Below, one piece after another: positions 10,021 to 19,111 of a DNA stretch of 22,958 nucleotides (positions are counted from its first letter, which is position 1; the number at the start of each line of letters is the position of its first letter). The notes below the pieces were generated by a model, which did not search any database, was not told where the DNA came from, and saw only the letters and a program-made list of their open reading frames with translations. The translations under genes were made by a program, and so were the position numbers. This DNA is from Emiliania huxleyi CCMP1516 (Eukaryota): NCBI RefSeq assembly GCF_000372725.1, contig NW_005202427.1, forward strand, positions 1,276,459 to 1,299,416, written 5' to 3'.

Positions 10021-10201
10021 CGCATCCCGTAAAAAGAAAGAAAACAGACAGCCCAAGGGAGGGATGGGAGGACGGCACGCCGCCACCACACAGGGATTTT
10101 AAGAAGAGGGGTGTGGTGCGCTAGCCGTCGCATCCCGTATAAATAAATAGAGCAGTCATCTCCAGGGAGAGATGGGCGACGCATCCCGTGCCCAGTGTTG
10201 T
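10021..10201 (-). mobile_element. Two tandem short retro-tail-like inserts (10031-10128, 10139-10179) separated by three copies of CGCATCCCGT
   Basis: The 10-nt direct repeat sits at 10021, 10129 and 10180. Each insert starts (+ strand) with an A-rich microsatellite, (AAAG)n or (TAAA)n. 45 nt (10139-10183) are identical to 15113-15157. Confidence 0.75.
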
Positions 10202-10326
10202 GCGGGGTGTAAAATTCTTTTCGCAGACCCGGCACGGCGTGACAGGCGCCCCAGGCGCCCAGGCGCACTGAAACACCTCGGGAGCCGCCAAGAGCGGCCA
10301 GCCTTCGCACCTATCGGACCTCTGCC

Positions 10327-12828
10327 ATGGCCCTCACCTGCGGCCGAGCCGCCCTCGCGCTGCTCGCCGTCTACGTGGCGATCCTCTCGCACACGCTGCT
10401 CGAGCTCTTCTACCCGTCGCCGTGCCGCGGTGCCGCCTGTCTGCAGCCGCTGCTGCGCAGCGGCGCCGCCGTCGACCTGCAGGCGCACATCGACGGGCGG
10501 CTCGTCTGGAGCGCAGCCGGTGTGAGCAGCGGCGCAGGCCTCGAGGACGTCGCGTTTGCGGTCCCGGTCCCGGCCGAGGTGCGGCTGGGCAGTCGAGAGG
10601 AGCTGCATCTCGACTTCTCCATCGCGCTCGCCGGTCAGCAGCAGCCCATCGCGCACGCCCGGGCGCTCCTCTGCGCGCGCCGCCAGCCGCGACGCCGCAG
10701 CACCGCCCGCATGCTGCTCGCCGAGCCAGCCGTCTCCTCCACGCCTGGCTCCGCCACTTCCGACTCTGCCGCCGCCGCCGTCCCCGCCGCCTTCGCTTCC
10801 AGCGAGCAGAGCGGCGTCGCCGTTTCCAGCGAGCAGAGCGCCGCCTCCGTATCCAGCGAGCAGAGCGGCATCGCCGTTTCCAGCGAGCAGAGCGGCGTCG
10901 CCGTTTCCAGCGAGCAGAGCGGCGTCGCGCCGCCCAACGAGCGGGGCGAGGTGCCGCACTACCTCTATGCGGCGGCGAGCCTCGAGCTGCGGCTGGTTGC
11001 CGACGAGACGCCGCACGCCGGGCCGGTGCTGCCGAGCGACGGGGCCCAGGTCGCGAACGGCGTGGACTGGTCTCGGCGCGTGTACGCGCCTCGGCTCTAC
11101 GTCGACGAGCTCGGCCTGCTGGGCAAGCACGCGCTGCCTCTCTCGAGCGACGTGGGCAAGGAGCCTCCTCGGCTGCGGCTGCGGCTGCTGCCCATCTCCC
11201 TCGGTCGGTACCGCGCCACGCGCCAGCTGCACACGGCGCTTGGCGCGCTGCAGGCGGCCAGCGGGATGGAGGCAGTTTGACGCGCTGCGCGAGCTGTGCC
11301 TTCCCCCCTGAGCCTTCTCTGAACCTTCTCTGAACCTTCCTGCAGGCCGAGTTCGACGAGCTACGCGAGCTGCTCTCCGAGAAGCGCCTCTACCGCTTCG
11401 CGCTGATGCAGCTGATCGGGCTGCTCCACGTCGTCTTTGACGCGCTCGCCTTCCGGAACGACGTCGGCTTCTGGAAGGGGCGGGAGGACCTGAGGGGCCT
11501 GTCCTCGCGCGGCGTCATCTTCAACGCGGGCTCCACGCTCGTCATCTTCCTCTACCTGCTCGACGGCGACGGCGTCAACTCGATCGTCCTCGCTACCTAC
11601 GCCTTCTCCACCGCCCTCGAGCTTTGGAAGCTGACCAAGGTGGTTGCGATGCGGCGGCGGGCGCGCGGCGCGGCCGGCGGCGCCGGCGGCGAGGGCGCGC
11701 GCGCCGAGGCGGCGACGGAGCGGTTCGACGAGGTTGCGACGCGGCACTTGACGTGGGGACTCGCGCCGCTGGTCGTCGGCTGGGCGCTGTACGCGCTGCT
11801 CCACTACCCGCACGCGTCGTGGCGCGCCGCTTCCCCGCCGTCCTCCCGCCAGCCCCGCCTCCGAGGGGGCGAGTCACCAACCTTGGATTCTGCACCCTCT
11901 TGTCAGGTACAGCTGGCTGCTCGGCTCGCTGGCCGACGCGATCTACCTCTTCGGCTTCATCGCGATGACGCCACAGCTCTTCATCAACTACAAGGCGCCG
12001 AGAGGAGCCGAGATGGCCCGAGATGGCCCGAGCTCTCCCAAGATCCCCAGATCTTCTTCAGCCACAAGGCGGTTCGCTGCTCAACCCCCCCGCACCCTCC
12101 AGGCCTCTGTCCCTCCCAGGGCACCCCCCTTCCCCGTGCCCCTGCCTGCGCCAGACCAGCCCCCTCGCTTCTGCCGTCGCCACGGCGCGCCGAGGAAGTA
12201 CACACGCCGTTTCGAGGCAGAGCTCCCCCGCCCCCCCTCGCGCCAGATGAAGAGCGTCGCCCACCTGCCGTGGCGCGTCCTCGCGTACAAGGCCTTCAAC
12301 ACCTTCATCGACGACGCCTTCGCGCTGATGGTCGCGATGCCGACCGCCCACCGCGTCGCCTGCTTGCGGGACGACCTCGTCTTCCTCGTCCTCCTCTACC
12401 AGCGCCGCCTCTACCCCGTGGACCGGAAGCGCGCCAATGAGTTTGGCATCGCGTACGAGCGGGACGAGGCGGACGTCGCTCCCGCGCGAGGGGAGGGCAG
12501 CGCGGGAGATGGGGCCGAGGAGGGGCCTGCTAGAGGGGTGGAAGCGGAGGGCCTGCTAGAGGGGTGGAAGCGGAGGGCGAGGTACCCACCCGCCTCCTCG
12601 ACCTCCCCACGGAGCTCCTCGTGCGTGTCGTCTCTCGCTGCGACCCCGCCGACATCGCTCGCGTTGCGGCCGTCTCGCACATCTTCCACGCCTCGCTTGC
12701 GAAGGAGGGCATCCGCTTGTGGGCGCAAGAGCGCGGCTTCGAGCTGGCGGCGCAGCCAGAGGGCGAGGGCTGTGCCGTGCGGTGGCTGTGTCTCGCTGCC
12801 TTGCTGCGCGAGTCCAACCCGCCGGTGA
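10327..12828 (+). CDS. CLPTM1: CLPTM1-family membrane protein; exons 10327-11271, 11346-11821, 11907-11994, 12247-(12828); aberrant 3' end
   Basis: Motifs FDALAFRNDVGFWK, WYSWLLGSLADAIYLFGFIAMTPQLFINYK|MKSVAHLPWRVLAYKAFNTFIDD and YQRRLYPVDRKRANEFG. Three GC-AG introns keep the frame. Homology ends at ~12460 and the frame runs on to 12828, overlapping the next ORF. Confidence 0.9.
10798..10929 (+). repeat. Coding minisatellite, ~5 x 27 nt (SSEQSGVAV)
   Basis: TCCAGCGAGCAGAGC units begin at 10798, 10825, 10852, 10879 and 10906. Confidence 0.95.
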
Positions 12829-13946
12829 GGGCGTCGACAGGCCGCTCCCACAGCGTCTTCATCGACGGCGAGGGGCGCCTCTCGTCGTGCGGCAGTGAGT
12901 GGAGCTACACAGGCCTGCCTCGCCGTCCAGGATTGCTCGGGCACGGCGAGGGGGTGACACGGCTCGACACGCCGACGCGCCTCTCGTCGACGCTGGGCGG
13001 CGAGCGCGCCGTGAGCGTGTCGGCTGGAGTCGGCCACACCCTTGCCCTCACCGCTGATGGCGCTGTCTGGAGCTGGGGCGATGGAAACTACGGCCAGCTG
13101 GGCCACGGCGACCGGCAGTACCAGCTGCTGCCCAAGAAGGTCGAGGCCTTTGCTGGTCAGCACGTCGTCGCCGTGTCGGCTGGAGATAGCCACAGCCTCG
13201 CCATCACCGCTGACGGCGCTGTCTGGAGCTGGTGCCAGGGAGCCTGGGGCCAGCTGGGCCACGGCGACAAGCAGCCCCAGTGGCTGCCGAAGAAGATCGA
13301 GGCCTTTGCTGGCCAGCGCGTCGTCGCTGCGTCGGCTGGAGCGCAGCACAGCCTCGCCCTCACCGCCGACGGAGCCGTCTGGAGCTGGGGCTGGGGAGGC
13401 GATGGCGTGCTGGGCCACGGCGACCGGGAGGACCAGCTGCTGCCAAAAAGGGTCGAGGCCTTTGCGGGTCGGCGCGTGGTCGCTGTGTCGGCTGCAGACC
13501 GCCACAGCCTCGCCCTCGCCGCCGACGGAGCCGTCTGGAGCTGGGGCGAGGGAGGGTCGAAGGGAGGGGAAGGCTGGCTGGGCCACGGCGGCGGGCAGCG
13601 CCAGCTGCTGCCGAAGAAGGTCGAGGCTTTGGCTGAACAGCGTGTCCTCGCAGTGTCGGCTGGAGCGGCGCACAGCCTCGCCCTCACCGCCGACAGCGCC
13701 GTCTGGAGCTGGGGCTGGGGAGCTTGTGGCCAGCTGGGCCACGGCGATCAGCAGAGCCGGCTGCTGCCGAAGAAGGTCGAGGCCTTTGCTGACCAGAATG
13801 TCATCGCTGTGTCGGCTGGAGTTCGCCACAGCCTCGCCCTCACCGGCGATGGGGCCGTCTTTACTTGGGGCAAGGGCGACACCGGCTGCCTAGGACACGG
13901 AGCTGACCTGTCGAAGCAGCTGCTGCCCAAGAAGGTCGAGCGATAG
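12564..13946 (+). CDS. F-box-like + RCC1-repeat (7-blade, UVR8/HERC-like) protein, intronless, no ATG in frame
   Basis: LLDLPTELLVRVVSRC (F-box-like) is followed by seven repeats of the type SAGxxHSLALTADGAVWSWGxGxxGQLGHGD...LLPKKVEAF. An in-frame TAG lies at 12531 and the ORF is annotated from GTG. Confidence 0.88.
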   Translation: MEAEGEVPTRLLDLPTELLVRVVSRCDPADIARVAAVSHIFHASLAKEGIRLWAQERGFELAAQPEGEGCAVRWLCLAALLRESNPPVRASTGRSHSVFIDGEGRLSSCGSEWSYTGLPRRPGLLGHGEGVTRLDTPTRLSSTLGGERAVSVSAGVGHTLALTADGAVWSWGDGNYGQLGHGDRQYQLLPKKVEAFAGQHVVAVSAGDSHSLAITADGAVWSWCQGAWGQLGHGDKQPQWLPKKIEAFAGQRVVAASAGAQHSLALTADGAVWSWGWGGDGVLGHGDREDQLLPKRVEAFAGRRVVAVSAADRHSLALAADGAVWSWGEGGSKGGEGWLGHGGGQRQLLPKKVEALAEQRVLAVSAGAAHSLALTADSAVWSWGWGACGQLGHGDQQSRLLPKKVEAFADQNVIAVSAGVRHSLALTGDGAVFTWGKGDTGCLGHGADLSKQLLPKKVER

Positions 13947-14150
13947 CCGATAGAGTCCTAGACCGGGAAACCGATGAGCAGAGATTTTGCTGGTCAGCAA
14001 AAGTTTTCAGTAAAAATGTTCACCAATCAAAAGGTCGAAACCGAACCCGCCGCGAATTCTTTTTGAGTATGGGCGGCCTTTGCACGGCGGAGGAGGCGGA
14101 GGGGGACGGAGGCTCGCCGTCGGGGTTGGTCGGCGCTCGAGGCGGCTGTT

Positions 14151-14678
14151 GTGATGGAGTGCCGCCGTATCGACGCGGGCGGTTGGGGGGGGGGGTGCAG
14201 CGCTCGCTGGCTGGAGCTCGACGCGATCGCGGCGCGGATGCGTCGCGATCTCGGCGATCCTAACCCGGGCGCTTACCCTGTCACGCTGTTCTTGTCGAGG
14301 CCAGAGGGTCTGGGTGCACGCGGGGCGGCCGCGGAGGCGGCGTTTAGGCGGCTCTCGATCGAGGAGCGTGACGAGGTGGTCGCGGCGCTCGTGGCGGAGT
14401 TCAAGGCGGGGGAGCGGAAGGAGTTGTGCGGCTGGCATGCCGGGCGTGGGGTCCGGGCGTGGTCTGCTCCGTTCCCAGGGTGGGAGGATTGGGTGAGGGA
14501 GGGGCGGCTGCTCCTCTGGGAGGAGGACCTGGAGGAGTTGCGGAGCGGTGCTGGCGGGGGAGGGGGCGGGAAGTCCCGCCACGAACGCCGGCGGGGGGCG
14601 CGGCGGGAGCGACGGGGGGGGGGGGGGGGAGGGGAGCTTCTATTAGAAGCCGTCGTCCGCGCTTTGCCTGTTGTGTGA
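14151..14678 (+). CDS. Hypothetical ORF, possibly the 5' ORF of the retroelement remnant downstream
   Basis: ATG ORF with protein-like composition (AFRRLSIEERDEVVAALVAEF, FPGWEDWVREG). Family not recognised. Confidence 0.3.
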   Translation: MMECRRIDAGGWGGGCSARWLELDAIAARMRRDLGDPNPGAYPVTLFLSRPEGLGARGAAAEAAFRRLSIEERDEVVAALVAEFKAGERKELCGWHAGRGVRAWSAPFPGWEDWVREGRLLLWEEDLEELRSGAGGGGGGKSRHERRRGARRERRGGGGGGELLLEAVVRALPVV

Positions 14679-14776
14679 ATCGTGCGTGTGCTGTGGCGTA
14701 GCGATAGTCCCCGCCGTAGGACGGTATGCGGCGATCGCCGCCCACCACCCTGCCCCCCCTGGTATGCCATCGACCC

Positions 14777-15055
14777 GTGCAGCTGCTGCTGTTCGAGTCG
14801 TTCGGCGGGTTCGGGAGGGGGGTCCGTGAGATCCTCTGGAAGGCGGCGGACGTGCTACAGAACAAGCTGACGCGGGCCCAATACCTCGATGAGGTGACTT
14901 GGACCACTAAGAATTGGCTGGGGCTGCAGAAGCAGCGTATCTCAGTCGTTCTTCACACGGCAATCGCAGAGCAGGTTGTGAATGAGCTTGCCTGTGGCGG
15001 GGGTGGGCGGGTGCACGGAGCTAAGTGCCTCGCCACCCTCGCAGGAGTCGCTTAG
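14777..15055 (+). mobile_element. C-terminal restriction-like endonuclease fragment of a CRE-like non-LTR retrotransposon
   Basis: VQLLLFESFGGFGRGVREIL...QKQRISVVLHTAIAEQV fits the E(T/S)xGG...QRxSxxL pattern ending CRE-type RLE domains. No RT domain upstream, so it is truncated or internally deleted. Confidence 0.65.
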
Positions 15056-15109
15056 GCGGCTCCCGTGGTGTACCTGTGTTAGTGCCAGTGCGCGCCAGTC
15101 CCGTGCCCA

Positions 15110-15165
15110 TAAATAAATAAATAGAGCAGTCATCTCCAGGGAGAGATGGGCGACGCACACGAACA
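15110..15165 (-). mobile_element. 56-nt retro-tail-like insert with (TTTA)n tail and 14-nt TSD
   Basis: CAGTCCCGTGCCCA occurs at 15096-15109 and 15166-15179. The insert shares 45 identical nt with 10139-10183. Confidence 0.8.
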
Positions 15166-16152
15166 CAGTCCCGTGCCCAGTGTTGTTGGAGCCGTAGTCC
15201 TTTTCACCACCCAAGACAGCTTGGAGAGCTCCCGGTAAGGCTACATTTCGTAACGATCGTCGCTATTGGCCATCTGCCTCCTGCAGCCTCTGTTGGGGCG
15301 GAATGCGCGGGGTTTTCGGCGCAATGCCTCCGGCTAGTACACGGTACTGCTCTGCCGCAAACTCTCCTGCGCTCGCGTGACGTGTGGGGCACACGCACTG
15401 CGCTCGAAAGTCGCAATTTGGCAATAGGCGCTCGAGCCGGCGCGCAGTGGAGGGGGCGCCGCGCAGGGGGATCGGGGGGGTGCGAGAGGGGGCGTGGGTC
15501 GGGCGCGCACCGGCCGGCTCCGGGAGCGGCCGTCACGTCGAAGAGGGGACCTGGTGCTGCTCGAATGACGACGCATGCCGCTCTGCTGCGCCGCCGATAG
15601 CCCCTCTTCCGAGCCGGCGCGTGGCGGCGAGCCGCGGCCAGTATCGCTGGTGCGGTGGAGGCGGCAGCTTGCATCGGCCGGCAGCGGGTGCGGCCATCAC
15701 GTCGATGAGGGGGGGTTGTCGGCGACTCGTGTGGCTCGAGGCCTACGCTGACCGCCCAAGCCCTACTGCCGATCCAGCGCCTGGCGTTTGGGGCGAGCCG
15801 CGGTCGTCGTCGCTGATGGTATATGGCGGCGGCGGCGGCGGCTCGCCCTTCCCTCCGGCCGCAATTCCGATCCCGCCGCGCGGGAGTTGGCGCGCCCACC
15901 GCGGCACGGCGTGGCTGCGCATACTGCATACACCTTACGCCCTTTCTCCTCAACGGCTATCCGTGCTTGCTGTGCCCCTGCGTGGTGTGTTTCAAGTTCT
16001 TACAACCCAAGGTGATAGAGGGCAAAAAGATCGATTGCGCTCTTGCCGATCCGCACCTACCTAGGCTCTTGGGTGGCGCGCCCCAGCTCTTCACAGCGAA
16101 CCTGGTTTTTGGGCTTGCGCTTCTCGCGCCGAGCTCGACGAGAGTGACGAGA

Positions 16153-16886
16153 ATGCCTGCGCGCGGTGGTCGCTGGCGCCTGCCGACCCTGCTGTGCCTG
16201 GCGCCGCTGCTGCTCGCTCCGGCGGATGCGCTCGCGGCCGGCGGCTGGTCGAGCCGTCCCGCTCGCGCCGCGCTGCGCACGCGGATGCTTCGGGCGAGCG
16301 AGCCTGCCGGCGGAGAGCCGGGCCCAGGGGCTGCTGCTGGCGGTGCGGCGAGCGATGCGGACGCGGGGATGGGGCTGGTCGGGCGAGAGGCGCCCGACTT
16401 GGAGGGGCTCGACTTCGAGGCGCGGCTGCAGGTGCTCGCCAAGCAGTACGAGAATGTGGTGCCGGTGGACCCAAAGGTGCAGGAGGAGGAGGACAAGCTC
16501 GCGCCGGCGCGCGAGTGGGACGACGACGAGAAGTTCTGGAAGCCCGACTTTTGGACGGCCGTCTTCGAGGACGTCAAGGACGTCGAGTACCCTTCCATCA
16601 AGAAGGTGACGCAGACGCTCTTCATCTCGCAGGCGTGCACGCCTCCCACGCCCATGCGCCCACCCCCGGGGACGCGGTGGCGCTGGGTGCCGCGCCCTCG
16701 CCGCGACGTCTCGCCCACCCGCGCGCGGCGTGGCGGGCGCAGGTCGCCTTTGTGGTTGTGATTGTGCTGGTGCTCGTCTTTGACGCCCTCGCCGACGCCA
16801 CCATCCGGTCAGTGCTGCTGGGCGACGACTTCTCCATCACGATGGACAAAATCCTGAAAACCGCCGGCAAGACGCAGCCCATGTGA
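16153..16886 (+). CDS. Plastid-targeted preprotein translocase SecE-like protein (exons 16153-16632, 16743-16886; 207 aa)
   Basis: N-terminal signal peptide (LPTLLCLAPLLLAPADA) and R/S/A-rich transit-like stretch. EDVKDVEYPSIKKVTQTLFISQ|VAFVVVIVLVLVFD resembles the SecE ExxxVxWP + TM motif. GC-AG intron at 16633-16742. Confidence 0.7.
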
Positions 16887-17311
16887 GCCCACGGCCGCCG
16901 CGCGAGCGGGCGGGGCGGGGCGGCGTGGAGAGCTGACGCTGAGCGCGGTCTGTCACGCATCAGTGGCGACTGCCAACCTCTGCTACCGACGTACTAGCAC
17001 CGCACTCGAGTCCCCTCCTTCGGCGTGCCGGAATGGAATACGTGTGTCTGCCTTTCGCGCTATTGAAATCCATTCACAGCAGCGGTCCCCACGCCCCCGC
17101 CTGCTGTGCGGAGGCTCGCTTGGAGAAAAGCACTCTCGGTTTGGCCAAAGTACAGGTTTCGATCCCCGGGCCACCGCAAATTTTGATCAGCAAATTTCGA
17201 GGAGCGGCCGCAAATTTTGAGGTAGATTTTGATTGTCAAAACGTGTCCGTCTTGGCACAGGATAGAGCATATAGGCGGCGAACACCCAGGTGCGCAGGGA
17301 CATCGCGACTC

Positions 17312-18524
17312 CATTCGTGGATAAAGCAGACACCAGACCTCGGTTTCCCATAGGGTTTCTGATGCGGTTTCCCATGGCGGTTTCCCATAGCCGAAAACCC
17401 ACGGGTCGGTCGGTTTCTGCGGCGCGCTCTGTTTTTTCTGGGATCTGTTTTCTGGGACACCCGCCTCGATTTCCCGTGGGATCTGCCTGTGGGTCTGGTT
17501 TCTGCGGTGTGAATACATCTCCCGCTTCGTCCTAATGAGCTCATTCCGGCCAATGAACAGGTGACCACCATCCGAATTTTTTTCAAGTGGGAACAGCAAA
17601 AAGCGGCATGCATTCTGGACTGCGTTCTGGTTTCTGGTTTCTGCTCCGACTGGTGATGAGTGTTACAAGCTGAGGTTGTCAACGCCGGGTGAGGGTAAAT
17701 CTCGGCACGGATCGGCACGTGTGGTAGCGTGCGATGAGGCCTTGCCAGCTCCTGGTGGTGCCCTCATACAAGATCGCCGCGCGCATTGGCCGCTCCGCCG
17801 ACGTTGTGATGAGCTTATTTCTGTCTCCAACAGAGTAGATCCAAACACACTATTGATAGATGATAGGTACTTAAAACACTCGCACAACGCCCGCCTTTCA
17901 CAGCTCAGCCTTTCAGGGCTTGGGCATGACAAGCAACGGCCCCGCCGGTCGGCGTCCGATGCACAAGGCAGCCATGTTGGCTGCCACGGCGTCTCCGCTC
18001 GGGATCGCGGCAGCCTGGCGGACCCCGTGAGCCACAAAAGTGCTTGGCAGCGCGGCGCGTCGCCAACCTCGCTTTCGAAGCAAAAACCAGAAACCAGAAA
18101 CCTAATGCCGGTGGGCTCATCTATCGCGATATTTCGATAAAACCCCTGCTATCGAAAAACCAGAAACCAGAAACCAGACCTACGCGTTCCCCCCAAGGGT
18201 TCCTCCCACCCAGAACATGCTGCTGTCTTAGTACTCCCGTTCGACCCATTCGGAATCCGATGAGTTAATGAGGGGTCATTCCGCCGGAATGACCCCTCCG
18301 GGGAGATCGTTCACACCTCGAAAAACCAGAACCCAGAGCGTCTGGACCGATATTCCCATGGCCCGGATGTTTTCTGTGGGATGTGGCGAAAAAGCAGAAT
18401 ACAGAGCTCCTCCTCCTAGAAGTCAGACGTTTTCTTGATAGCTGATATGCCAGGGAAGAGCCTGGTATCTCAGTATGTTATATCCTATGATATAACATAG
18501 TGGTGTCTGGTTTATCCATACCTC
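17312..18524. mobile_element. Non-autonomous hAT-like DNA transposon (1213 bp), imperfect TIRs, 8-bp TSD
   Basis: TGGATAAAGCAGACACCA (17318-17335) matches the reverse complement of 18501-18518 at 17/18 positions, each 6 nt inside the ends. CGCGACTC flanks both sides (17304-17311, 18525-18532). GGTTTC motifs are enriched on the left half and GAAACC on the right. Confidence 0.85.
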
Positions 18525-19111
18525 CGCGACTCTGCCCGCTCGCTCGACCCTTTTGCCGCGAGAGGGCGCCGGCCGCGTGTAAGAGGTGGCTGGCGCCCTG
18601 AGGCGGCATTTGGTGGCTGGGGAGTGCGGAGAACGCTACTGGCGGCGTGACAGGGCCTCTCTCGATTGCGTGTGCCGCCCATCGGCACGCGGGTGCGCAG
18701 ACATCGCGACTCTGCCGCTCGCTCGACCCTTTTGCCGCGAGAGGGCGCCGGCCGCGTGTAAGAGGTGGCTGGCGCCCTGAGGCGGCAATTGGTGGCGTGG
18801 GGAGTGCGGAGAACGCTACTGGCGGCGCGACAGGGCCTCTCTCCGCTGCGTGCGCCGCCCATCGGCACGCGGGTGCGCAGACATCGCGACTCTGCCCGCT
18901 CGCTCGACTCTTTTGCCGCGAGAGGGCGCCGGCCGCGTGTAAGAGGTGGCTGGCGGCCTGAGGCGGCATTTGGTGGCGTGGGGAGTGCGGAACGCTACTG
19001 GCGGCGCGACAGGGCCTCTCTCCGCTGCGTGCGCCGCCCATCGGCACGCGGGTGCGCAGACATCGCGACTCTGCCCGCTCGCTCGACTCTTTTGCCGCGA
19101 GAGGGCGCCGG
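18525..19111. repeat. Tandem array, ~180-bp unit, ~3.3 copies
   Basis: CGCGACTCTGCC(C)GCTCGCTCGAC starts at 18525, 18705, 18885 and 19064, with high identity between units. Confidence 0.95.

Noticed and set aside
9428..10078. N-terminal extension of the 623-aa sulfotransferase ORF, or a METTL5-sulfotransferase fusion
   Set aside because: It is in a different frame from METTL5, crosses CT-microsatellite and UTR-like DNA, and has no ATG before 9427.
10021..10189. CRISPR array
   Set aside because: Repeats are only 10 nt, spacers are unequal with microsatellite tails, there are no cas genes and the context is eukaryotic. TSDs explain it better.
9980..10224. Solo LTR (TGTAAGG...CA)
   Set aside because: No matching TSD, and no second LTR or internal domains are visible.
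12411..13829. Long antisense or alternative-frame ORFs (472 aa here; also 271..1464, 1938..2885, 10156..11232)
   Set aside because: Shadows of real genes in high-GC DNA, which has few stop codons.
16011..16055. VIEGKKIDCALA, resembling the end of an RRM domain
   Set aside because: Too short, with no RNP motifs or supporting exons found.
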